From positions 8,686-72,685 of the forward strand of contig DATHNG010000165.1 in the NCBI GenBank assembly GCA_035486275.1: a DNA stretch of 64,000 bases, given 5' to 3'. Under the pieces are notes generated by a model. It was not told the origin of the DNA, did no database searches, and worked only from the letters and a program-made list of their open reading frames with translations. Positions 1 through 10,208 of this stretch are shown here, one piece after another (position 1 is the stretch's first letter; the number at the start of each line of letters is the position of its first letter). Origin of the DNA: Bacteroidia bacterium (GTDB lineage: Bacteria > Bacteroidota > Bacteroidia > JABEUT01). Position numbers and translations under genes: made by a program.

Positions 1-368
1 CTGTTAATGCTGCAATGCTTACAGGCTGGATAGGTGGCCCGAATACAGATAAGTTTTTGACAATGTCTGATGAGGAAGTTTTGAATATTGCTATTGATTC
101 AATAGCGTATATTTTCGGAACGAATAAAGAAGCGATACAAAAGGAATTGAAAAAGGGTAAAGTGGTTAACTGGATAAATAACCCATTTGAAAGAGGCGGC
201 TATACGTATGCTACCGTTGAAGGCTTAAAGTTGAGAGGAAAACTTGATGAGCCAATTGAAGATACTATATATTTTGCCGGTGAAGCATTCTTTACCGGTG
301 CAGAAATGGGTACTGTGGAAGCTGCTTTAGTAAGTGGCAAGAAAACTGCAGAACTGATAGCCATGTAA
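1..368 (+). CDS. FAD-dependent amine-oxidase-family oxidoreductase, C-terminal fragment (5' end outside window)
   Basis: Frame is open to the window edge. The tail 'IYFAGEAFFTGAEMGTVEAALVSGKKTA' resembles the conserved FAD-contacting C-terminus of flavin amine oxidases. Confidence 0.55.
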   Translation, partial: VNAAMLTGWIGGPNTDKFLTMSDEEVLNIAIDSIAYIFGTNKEAIQKELKKGKVVNWINNPFERGGYTYATVEGLKLRGKLDEPIEDTIYFAGEAFFTGAEMGTVEAALVSGKKTAELIAM

Positions 369-373
369 TTCTC

Positions 374-1714
374 TTAGTGCTTTACGTAAATAGAGTGCGG
401 CACAAAATATTTTGAAATAAGAAAAGAGAAGGAGGAAACTACCATTAAAGGTACAAGAAGGCTATAGCCTCCAGTTGCTTCTGCAATAAGAAATATAGCG
501 GTAAGTGGAGTGTGCATAACGCCACTCATCAAACCAGCCATAGCAACGGCAATAAAGTTCGGTTCATTTAATTTTTCAATGCCAAGTATTTTGCAAATAT
601 TAAAGTAGTTTATGCTATACACAAAAAAGAAGCCAGCCATAGAACCCATAAACAGAGAAGGTGCGAAGAACCCTCCGTTACCACCCGAACTAACAGTTAA
701 CTGTGCGGCCACTACTTTTATAAATAATACACCCAGTGTAAAGAAAAGTAAAACCAGTGCACTATAATCATTACCCAGGCGTGAGAAGATACTTCCGTTA
801 AATAATGAGGTATAATCTGTATCCAGTAAGTGTTGGACCGTATGGTACCCTTCACCATACAGAGGAGGAAAGAGAAATATGAGTATCCCTAGTACCAGCC
901 CGCCAACAATGGCTCTTTTGTACGGATTCTTTAAGGGACTCAATAACTTTTCTGAAAATGCTATTCCTCTCATAATATATACGGAATAAAAGCCTAGCAT
1001 TACACTCATTATGATATAGAAAGGAAGAGCATGCACATCCCAGCCAGGTGTACGTAGGTAGAATATTTGTTGCCCGCTGCTATATAATAATTGAGATACA
1101 ACAGATGCCATAGCGGATGAAATAAGTAAAGGCACAAAGTTTACGGTTGAAAATTCACCAAGTAATACTTCTATGGCAAACAAAACACCTGCTATTGGAG
1201 CGCCGAAAATAGCTGATATGCCTGCTGCTGCACCACAGGCAAGTAATAATGTGCGGTCCTTATAATCAAGATTGAAAAGCGCTGCAATATTGGAGCCAAA
1301 TGCCGAGCCTGTTACAACGATTGGAGCCTCTAATCCCATTGAACCACCAAAACCAACTGTTAAGGAAGATGTTATAATGTGAGAATACATCTTATCTTTT
1401 TCCATATAGCTCGATTTGTGATAGATATTGTTTACCACATTGCTGATACCTCTTCCAAGCTTGCCTTTTTGAACAACCCATGTATAAACTGTAGCAAGAA
1501 AAATACCGATAACAGGGAAAATAAGCAGCCAGTAGTTAATCCCTTTCTTATGAACTTCAAGCAATGTATCTAATCCATGTGTGGCCTGTTTCAATGCGAC
1601 GGCTGCAAGTCCCGCAACAATACCCACTACAATACTTAACAATAAAAAGAAATTACGAGGGCTAAGATGGAACCGTGTACTTAATATTTTTTGAAATAAT
1701 GGGGATGACTTCAT
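374..1714 (-). CDS. ClC family chloride channel / H+-Cl- antiporter
   Basis: 446 aa polytopic membrane protein with ClC-type motifs 'GGSMGLEAP', 'IFGAPIAGVLFAIE' and 'GGFFAPSLFMG'. Confidence 0.85.
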   Translation of the reverse strand: MKSSPLFQKILSTRFHLSPRNFFLLLSIVVGIVAGLAAVALKQATHGLDTLLEVHKKGINYWLLIFPVIGIFLATVYTWVVQKGKLGRGISNVVNNIYHKSSYMEKDKMYSHIITSSLTVGFGGSMGLEAPIVVTGSAFGSNIAALFNLDYKDRTLLLACGAAAGISAIFGAPIAGVLFAIEVLLGEFSTVNFVPLLISSAMASVVSQLLYSSGQQIFYLRTPGWDVHALPFYIIMSVMLGFYSVYIMRGIAFSEKLLSPLKNPYKRAIVGGLVLGILIFLFPPLYGEGYHTVQHLLDTDYTSLFNGSIFSRLGNDYSALVLLFFTLGVLFIKVVAAQLTVSSGGNGGFFAPSLFMGSMAGFFFVYSINYFNICKILGIEKLNEPNFIAVAMAGLMSGVMHTPLTAIFLIAEATGGYSLLVPLMVVSSFSFLISKYFVPHSIYVKH

Positions 1715-1718
1715 TTTG

Positions 1719-1726
1719 CAAAACTA
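1719..1726 (-). promoter_or_regulatory. -7 box TAGTTTTG immediately upstream of the ClC gene
   Basis: Perfect TAnnTTTG on the minus strand, only 4 nt from the ATG at 1714. Confidence 0.35.
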
Positions 1727-1817
1727 CGAAAACCTTAACACCCATGCAATAAAGATAATTAACCGGTGTTAGTTCAAATTATTAGGGCATCTGCGGATTT
1801 TCTCTGGAATCAATACT

Positions 1818-1825
1818 TACATTTG
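1818..1825 (+). promoter_or_regulatory. Bacteroidota-type -7 box TACATTTG upstream of the Omp85-like gene
   Basis: Perfect TAnnTTTG, 46 nt before ATG 1872. Confidence 0.4.
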
Positions 1826-1871
1826 AAAGCTGAAAGTGCCGCTTATTGAAGATGAAAATTGTAATAGTTCT

Positions 1872-3218
1872 ATGAAGAAGCGTATTCTTGTTTTATGTTG
1901 TGTTTTATGCCATTTTTTTTCAATCGGTCAACGAAAAGATACGTTAACAAAGGATTCGTTGAAATTGCCTTTCACCATATCTGAAACAGAGCATTTATCG
2001 GATGAAGACCTGAAAAATAAAAAAGAAGGGGCGTATCTTACAGGTGTACCTGATATGAGTTCTGACCCGGTAAACGGTTTCGGAATTGGAGCTGAGGCTC
2101 AACTCTATTTTGATGGTAAAAGAAATGACCCTTTTTTTGCATATACAGCGTATAGAGCTAATATTAATTTGTCGGCATTTTATACCACAAAGAGCGAAAG
2201 AGAATTTCAACTGGTATGGGATGTGCCCTATATTTTTAACTCTAAATGGCGCCTGAGGGGCCAATGTGAATATATGGTTAACCCAAATTATTTGTTTTTT
2301 GGGGTAACAGAAAAAACCTTGAGACCATTAAGCTATTATCCTAACAATGACTCTACAAAGGCAATAGTTAATAATGCTTCTTATGATAACTATGAAAATA
2401 ATCAGGTGGGCAGTATTTCCAATTACAATACATTTCAGCAGGAAGAAAAGTCATTTAATGTCAGCATGGAACATTCATGGCTAGATGGAAAATTGAGGAC
2501 TCTTATTGGTTATGAGATTGCATTTGATAATATTACAACTCCGCTTGATAATAATTCACTTCTGCATCAGCAAGCCGAAGAAGGATTAGTTACGGGTTTT
2601 GGTGCTGATAGAGGAACTTTACTACAGTTAGGCGTAATTTACGACACACGTGATCTTGAACCAGACCCGTCTTCAGGAGCATTTGCTGAATTTACCAATG
2701 AATTTTCAAATGGAGCATTGGGCTCGGAACATAATTTCGATCGTATTTTTATTCACTACAATTACTATCATAGCCTGTTTAAAGATGTATTTAAAAAGTT
2801 TGTTTTTGCAGGGCGGATCGGAATGGGCTATACTGTAGGTGATGCACCATTTTATGAATACATGGATCAATGGAGTTCAGAAGGAGATATTAATGGATTA
2901 GGTGGACCACAAACCTTAAGAGGTTATGTGCAAAGCAGGTTTGTAGCACCTGTAATGGGGTTTGCTAATATAGAGCTCCGTTATCGTTTTTTGCAGACTG
3001 ATATCTTAAAACAACATTTGGCTTTTTCTGTAATTCCTTTTTTCGATACAGGTGGTGTATGGGATTATTTGTACCGGATTTCGTATTTAAAAAATCTCCG
3101 ATATTCTGAAGGCCCCGGAATGCAGATTGCATGGAACGAAGATACTATCCTGCGTTTCGATTATGGAATATCTGCTGAAGGAACCCAATTCTACTTTGGT
3201 ATTGGCCAGATTTTTTAA
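1872..3218 (+). CDS. Outer-membrane beta-barrel protein (Omp85/surface-antigen-like)
   Basis: Signal peptide 'MKKRILVLCCVLCHFFSIGQ', alternating beta-strand pattern and terminal aromatic '...GIGQIF'. ATG 1872 is preferred over the track GTG at 1836 because a perfect -7 box lies at 1818-1825. Confidence 0.5.
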   Translation: MKKRILVLCCVLCHFFSIGQRKDTLTKDSLKLPFTISETEHLSDEDLKNKKEGAYLTGVPDMSSDPVNGFGIGAEAQLYFDGKRNDPFFAYTAYRANINLSAFYTTKSEREFQLVWDVPYIFNSKWRLRGQCEYMVNPNYLFFGVTEKTLRPLSYYPNNDSTKAIVNNASYDNYENNQVGSISNYNTFQQEEKSFNVSMEHSWLDGKLRTLIGYEIAFDNITTPLDNNSLLHQQAEEGLVTGFGADRGTLLQLGVIYDTRDLEPDPSSGAFAEFTNEFSNGALGSEHNFDRIFIHYNYYHSLFKDVFKKFVFAGRIGMGYTVGDAPFYEYMDQWSSEGDINGLGGPQTLRGYVQSRFVAPVMGFANIELRYRFLQTDILKQHLAFSVIPFFDTGGVWDYLYRISYLKNLRYSEGPGMQIAWNEDTILRFDYGISAEGTQFYFGIGQIF

Positions 3219-3262
3219 GCACAATAAACCACAAGAATAATTTATATGACTGCTTTTCATCT

Positions 3263-3862
3263 TCAATTCTTACACGAACACGCCGGAGAGAAAAAAATAG
3301 TGGTTTTAGGTAAATAGCTTTGAATAGTTGTTTGTGTTTCCTGGTTTATAAGTATGTCTCTGAGGTCGAATTCTTTAAGGTTCGTGAGTTTACTCAATGC
3401 TGCCGGAAAATAAGCAATGTCATCGCCCCACATATCAAGGTATCTTAGTTCTGTAAGTCCTCCTATAGCATCGGGTATTGCATCGAGAGGGTCTCTGTTC
3501 ATTATGAACCATTTCAAATGTTTCAACATACCTATTTGTGGTTCAAGCGAATCAATATCGTTATGAGAAAGTATGAGTGTTTGCAGTGAGGAAAGCTCAC
3601 TTATCCAGGAAGGGACTGAGCTTAATTTGTTTTTACTGAGATCTAGGTATTGTATATTTTTAAATTGCCTTATTTCTTCAGGAAACGTAGTAAGTTTCTT
3701 CTTGGTAAGTACAAGCTTCAAAACCTTATCAGGGTTGGCTTTTGCTAAACCCAGATCGCTATAGCCTTTCATAGTATCTAACGAAAGTGAATCGAGTAAT
3801 GGAGATTGGGCGCTACCTAGCTTAAAAACGATAAGTAATAAAAACAGCACACCCCTTTTCAT
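3263..3862 (-). CDS. Secreted leucine-rich repeat protein
   Basis: Signal peptide, then repeated LxxLxLxxNxL units ('LDLSKNKLSSVP', 'LILSHNDIDSL', 'LDMWGDDIAYFP'). Confidence 0.75.
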   Translation of the reverse strand: MKRGVLFLLLIVFKLGSAQSPLLDSLSLDTMKGYSDLGLAKANPDKVLKLVLTKKKLTTFPEEIRQFKNIQYLDLSKNKLSSVPSWISELSSLQTLILSHNDIDSLEPQIGMLKHLKWFIMNRDPLDAIPDAIGGLTELRYLDMWGDDIAYFPAALSKLTNLKEFDLRDILINQETQTTIQSYLPKTTIFFSPACSCKN

Positions 3863-3871
3863 GCATGCAAT

Positions 3872-4831
3872 TTACGCATTTTCCTCGAACACGCCCATTG
3901 CGCAGAACTTGTTTACGCGCTTTTCCAGTAACTTGGTTGTCTCTGTTTTGCTCAATTTTTCCAATTGTTTCAGTATTTCATCTTTTACATATTGGAAAGC
4001 TGCTTTAGGGTCAACATGAGCACCACCAAGGGGTTCTTTTATAATACCGTCAATTAATTTATTGGCCAACATATCATCAGCGGTAAGTTTTAAGGCTTCT
4101 GCTGCTTTTTCTTTAAAGTCCCAGCTCCTCCATAATATAGATGAACACGATTCCGGCGATATAACCGAATACCATGTGTTTTCAAGCATTAATACCTTGT
4201 CGCCAATTCCAATGCCTAATGCACCACCTGAAGCACCTTCACCAATAATTATGCATATAACAGGTACGCGCAGGCGCATCATTTCAAATATATTCCGAGC
4301 TATGGCTTCAGCTTGCCCACGTTCTTCAGCTTCCAGGCCCGGGTAAGCACCGGGAGTATCTATTAAACAAACAATAGGCATATTGAACTTTTCTGCCAAC
4401 CTGAATAACCTTAACGCTTTGCGGTAACCTTCTGGGTTTGGCATACCAAAGTTGCGGTACTGGCGCATTTTAGTAGTACTGCCTTTTTGCTGGCCAACAA
4501 ACATTATGCTCTTTCCCTCAACCTTACCAATTCCTCCTACCATAGCTTTATCGTCGTTTACACCACGGTCGCCATGCAATTCAAAAAAGTTGCCATCGGT
4601 AATATGCTGTATATAATCTAAGGTATAAGGCCTATCGGGGTGGCGGGAGAGTTGAACACGTTGCCAGGGAGTAAGTTTATCTGATATCTGCTTGCGGGTG
4701 ACCTTTATTTTATCTTCCAGTTCTTTAACTGAAGCTGAAATATCAACCTTGCTTTTTTCCTTGACTTGGTTCAATGCTTCAAGCTGCTGTATAAGTTCCT
4801 CTACCGGTTTTTCAAATTCAAGAAAGTTCAT
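3872..4831 (-). CDS. accA: Acetyl-CoA carboxylase carboxyltransferase subunit alpha
   Basis: 319 aa with '[12 protein letters not shown]', '[22 protein letters not shown]' and '[12 protein letters not shown]'. Confidence 0.92.
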   Translation of the reverse strand: MNFLEFEKPVEELIQQLEALNQVKEKSKVDISASVKELEDKIKVTRKQISDKLTPWQRVQLSRHPDRPYTLDYIQHITDGNFFELHGDRGVNDDKAMVGGIGKVEGKSIMFVGQQKGSTTKMRQYRNFGMPNPEGYRKALRLFRLAEKFNMPIVCLIDTPGAYPGLEAEERGQAEAIARNIFEMMRLRVPVICIIIGEGASGGALGIGIGDKVLMLENTWYSVISPESCSSILWRSWDFKEKAAEALKLTADDMLANKLIDGIIKEPLGGAHVDPKAAFQYVKDEILKQLEKLSKTETTKLLEKRVNKFCAMGVFEENA

Positions 4832-4951
4832 CTAAATGCTTTTTTGGAGCTGCGAATTTATGAAAATAGTGTCGCTATTGTATTAAATTCACATAAGCAT
4901 TTGTTAACCAACTTGTTGGGGCAGTCTAACGATTAAATATACCTGCTTTAA

Positions 4952-5149
4952 CTACTTGTGATCATCATGGTGTTCATCTTCAGGACGATGGTGCCATCTG
5001 CCATGCTCACGACGTTCAATTCCACGATCATCGTGATAATACCAAACATTATCCCGTATATAATAACCGCCTGTTGGTTCTACGTATGCTTCGCAACCTT
5101 GTATTAAAAGCCCGCCTAATAAACATACTCCTAAAATTAACGTTTTCAT
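4952..5149 (-). CDS. Small lipoprotein with His-rich C-terminal tail
   Basis: Internal ATG at 5149 gives 'MKTLILGVCLLGGLLIQGCEAY' (lipobox-like) and a tail 'RREHGRWHHRPEDEHHDDHK'. The longer track ORF (to 5260) adds a non-signal N-terminus. Confidence 0.5.
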   Translation of the reverse strand: MKTLILGVCLLGGLLIQGCEAYVEPTGGYYIRDNVWYYHDDRGIERREHGRWHHRPEDEHHDDHK

Positions 5150-5293
5150 GTTCTTTATGTATTGATTCGAACATAAAATTATACTGACTAAGAACCATTT
5201 CGGGTTTATTTCTGTGAAAGGGTAAAAATTTGTGTCCAATTGGCTTTCAGGCTCTTTCAAATACAGTTTTGGTAATACCTTTGGCAGTAAGTT

Positions 5294-7859
<2,566 letters not shown>

Positions 7860-7900
7860 TGCTTAATTCTAAATGTTGAATTTTGAATGGCTGATTAAGC

Positions 7901-7928
7901 ATTTAACATTTAACATTAAACATTAAAA
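7901..7928. repeat. Tandem heptamers (atttaac)2(attaaac)(attaaaa) in the atpD-atpC spacer
   Basis: Read directly: catttaacatttaacattaaacattaaaatt, ending 2 nt before the atpC ATG. Preceded by an 8-bp inverted repeat tgcttaat...attaagca (7860-7901). Confidence 0.6.
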
Positions 7929-7930
7929 TT

Positions 7931-8167
7931 ATGTATTTAGAAATATTAACACCGGACAAAAAGCTTTTCAGCGGAGATGCTGAGTATGTTGATGTACCCG
8001 GAGAAGCAGGCAGAACAGGAGTATTGAGAAATCACGCTCCTATGATCAGTGCGCTTAAAGGTGGAAAAGTTAAGGTGCGTGATATGGCGAAACAAGAACA
8101 CTTTTTTGAAATTAAAGGTGGTATTATGGAAGTTCGCAACGATAAGGTTATAGTACTTGCAGAATAA
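7931..8167 (+). CDS. atpC: F0F1 ATP synthase subunit epsilon (short form, beta-sandwich domain only)
   Basis: 78 aa directly after atpD; 'LEILTPDKKLFSG...VPGEAGRTGVLRNHAPM'. Too short to include the C-terminal helical hairpin of long epsilon subunits. Confidence 0.85.
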   Translation: MYLEILTPDKKLFSGDAEYVDVPGEAGRTGVLRNHAPMISALKGGKVKVRDMAKQEHFFEIKGGIMEVRNDKVIVLAE

Positions 8168-8190
8168 TTAAGCGGTTAATTTATTTTGTT

Positions 8191-8219
8191 AAAAAGGAGG
8201 CCTATGGCCTCCTTTTTTG
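8191..8219 (+). terminator. Rho-independent terminator after atpC
   Basis: aaaaaggaggcc-tat-ggcctccttttt: 12-bp stem, 3-nt loop, T run. Confidence 0.8.
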
Positions 8220-8226
8220 TGCTCTT

Positions 8227-8252
8227 TATTAATGTAAACAGATACATTAATA
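8227..8252. promoter_or_regulatory. Perfect 10-bp inverted repeat tattaatgta-N6-tacattaata
   Basis: Lies between the atpC terminator and the -7 box of the lipoprotein gene. Confidence 0.3.
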
Positions 8253-8283
8253 CTTGAGTAACACCGACTTTCAATTAAAAGTA

Positions 8284-8291
8284 TAAATTTG
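8284..8291 (+). promoter_or_regulatory. -7 box TAAATTTG upstream of the lipoprotein gene
   Basis: Perfect motif, 31 nt before ATG 8323. Confidence 0.4.
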
Positions 8292-8322
8292 TCTAAAACT
8301 GTTTAAACCTAAAAACATTACA

Positions 8323-8820
8323 ATGAAAAACAAGTACTTAATTATTATGTTATGCTGTTGCAGCATATTATTCACCGCCTGCCCTTACAATGCACCTGTA
8401 TCAATTGACGATCCGAAAGCAGTACACGTAGAACACAAACTTGTTGGCAAATGGCAGCAACGTAGCTCTGAAGATGAAACCTATGTGGTTAAAGACCTGG
8501 ATGAGCACACCTATTCTATTATAGAGAAACACAAAAAGAAAGAAGGTTCTGAGAAACAAGATGACGAAGTGTATAATGGCTTTCTGTCAGAAGTAGATGG
8601 AGTTAAGTTTTTGAACCTGTACAAGCCTGATGAAGATCCTAAGACCTACTATTTCTATAAGATAGAGTTCAATGATGAAACCGGTGGATTTACCTTGTAC
8701 CCTATAACTGAATACATAACCGAGAAATTCACCACATCTGAAGATCTGAAGAAGTTCGTTAAGCAATATAAAGACCTTAGTTTCTTCTATGGCTCTAAAG
8801 AAGAATATATTAAAAGCTAA
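8323..8820 (+). CDS. Hypothetical lipoprotein
   Basis: 'MKNKYLIIMLCCCSILFTAC' is a lipobox. It has its own -7 box (8284-8291) and terminator (8842-8872). No recognisable family. Confidence 0.6.
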   Translation: MKNKYLIIMLCCCSILFTACPYNAPVSIDDPKAVHVEHKLVGKWQQRSSEDETYVVKDLDEHTYSIIEKHKKKEGSEKQDDEVYNGFLSEVDGVKFLNLYKPDEDPKTYYFYKIEFNDETGGFTLYPITEYITEKFTTSEDLKKFVKQYKDLSFFYGSKEEYIKS

Positions 8821-8841
8821 GTAATTCTTTTAGTTTTATTT

Positions 8842-8872
8842 AAAAAGAGAGGCGCGGTGCCTCTCTTTTTTT
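8842..8872 (+). terminator. Rho-independent terminator after lipoprotein gene
   Basis: aaaaagagaggc-gcggt-gcctctcttttttt. Confidence 0.8.
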
Positions 8873-8887
8873 ATGCAATGAATTGAG

Positions 8888-8895
8888 TACCTTTG
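8888..8895 (+). promoter_or_regulatory. -7 box TACCTTTG upstream of the T9SS cargo gene
   Basis: Perfect motif, 17 nt before ATG 8913. Confidence 0.4.
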
Positions 8896-8912
8896 TTTAA
8901 AAGCAGGGAGCA

Positions 8913-9974
8913 ATGAAAAGTAAGACATTATTAAGTCTAATAATTGTAATGGCTCTGTGTTTTTTTTGCAAAGCACAGAACTTGGTACCAAACTATAGCT
9001 TTGAAATTAAAACCCAATGTTCAAACGGAGTAAATCAAGTTGATGGTTACGTAAATGATTGGTCAGGTGGCGGAGGGGGGCAATGTTTTTATGATTCACT
9101 TTGTAACAATGTTAGTAGCGATGTTAATGTCCCCTTGAATATTTTTGGGTATCAGTATCCCCACTCAGGGGCAGCTTATGTTGGCATATATACGTTTACA
9201 GGAGTACCTCCCACTGGTCGCCCATATGATTATAACAATGTGGCTTATTTACAAGCAGAATTAACAAGTACTCTAAATACCGGAACAGAATATTATGTTA
9301 CTTTTTATATAAGTCTTGCAGATAGCTCTAAATGGGCATGTAATAATATCGGAGTATATTTTTCTGATTCGGCTTTAGTTTGGACGGGATATGTTAAATC
9401 GTATTTAACTCCACAAGTTCAGAATGATACAGCAAATCATCTTACCGATAAGATTAACTGGATGAAAATAAGTGGAAGCTTTAAATCTAATGGGACAGAA
9501 AAATATATAATCCTTGGCAACTTTGTTTCTGATAAGCAATGTGATACAATTTTTGTTAACTCACCATCGTCGAATAGTAACCATAATTGGAACGAAGCTT
9601 ACTACTATGTAGATGATGTAATAGTAAGTGCAGATAGTAATTATGCAGATAGTCTGTTTCCTAATTCGGTATCAAGTATAACAATGCCTCAGAATGAAAC
9701 AAAAGTGTACCCAAACCCTTCCAACGGAAAGTTTACCATTGAGGAACAAGGAGTAAGGGATAAGGAGCAAATAGAAATTTATAATATGATGGGTCAAAAG
9801 GTGGCCTCCTCCAACTCCTCCAAAGGAGGAGCTTCTGTAGTTACTGCTATCCTCCCTTCGGGAGGACAAAGGTGGGCCATTGATTTGAGCAATCAACCTG
9901 CAGGTATTTACTTGTACCGTATTGTTTCCGAAAAAGGCGAGGCGGTTGGCACTGGAAAATTGATAATCCAATAA
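8913..9974 (+). CDS. Secreted protein with T9SS type-A C-terminal sorting domain
   Basis: Signal peptide, N-terminal 'NLVPNYSFE...' domain and a C-terminus 'KVYPNPSNGKFTIE...IYNMMGQKV...IDLSNQPAGIYLYRIVSEKGEAVGTGKLIIQ' typical of T9SS sorting domains. Confidence 0.85.
   Translation: MKSKTLLSLIIVMALCFFCKAQNLVPNYSFEIKTQCSNGVNQVDGYVNDWSGGGGGQCFYDSLCNNVSSDVNVPLNIFGYQYPHSGAAYVGIYTFTGVPPTGRPYDYNNVAYLQAELTSTLNTGTEYYVTFYISLADSSKWACNNIGVYFSDSALVWTGYVKSYLTPQVQNDTANHLTDKINWMKISGSFKSNGTEKYIILGNFVSDKQCDTIFVNSPSSNSNHNWNEAYYYVDDVIVSADSNYADSLFPNSVSSITMPQNETKVYPNPSNGKFTIEEQGVRDKEQIEIYNMMGQKVASSNSSKGGASVVTAILPSGGQRWAIDLSNQPAGIYLYRIVSEKGEAVGTGKLIIQ
9795..9878. repeat. 72-nt hairpin-rich unit bounded by 12-nt near-identical direct repeats, in frame inside the T9SS sorting domain
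   Basis: Direct repeats caaaaggtggcc (9795-9806) and caaaggtgggcc (9867-9878). Hairpins ctcctcc-aaa-ggaggag (9815-9831) and tcctccc-ttc-gggagga (9850-9866). Confidence 0.55.
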
Positions 9975-9992
9975 ATTCCTAATTCTTAATTG

Positions 9993-10009
9993 AAAGCCTT
10001 CGGCTTTTT
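9993..10009 (+). terminator. Weak hairpin terminator after T9SS cargo gene
   Basis: aaagcc-ttc-ggcttttt: 6-bp stem. Confidence 0.35.
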
Positions 10010-10056
10010 CTCTGCCTTTTTGTCACCAATAAATTTTAGCAAGCAATTTTCATTAT

Positions 10057-10079
10057 AAATAATTGATAATCAATTATTT
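10057..10079. promoter_or_regulatory. Perfect 23-bp palindrome aaataattgat-a-atcaattattt (candidate operator)
   Basis: 11-bp arms around a single central base, in the 234-bp spacer upstream of the glcD-like gene. Confidence 0.4.
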
Positions 10080-10133
10080 TGTAAAATACTGGCTATTTAT
10101 TTTAGCAATTCTGTTCATTGTATTTTATTGTAA

Positions 10134-10157
10134 TTATCAATGAGGGGTTATTGATAA
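10134..10157. promoter_or_regulatory. Second inverted repeat ttatcaat-N8-attgataa sharing the ATTGATAA half-site
   Basis: 8-bp arms with the same half-site as the 10057-10079 palindrome, 52 nt before ATG 10209. Confidence 0.35.
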
Positions 10158-10208
10158 GTGTTCCGGTAAAACGGTTTATTTGGCAGAATGATTCCTACTT
10201 TTGTTATA

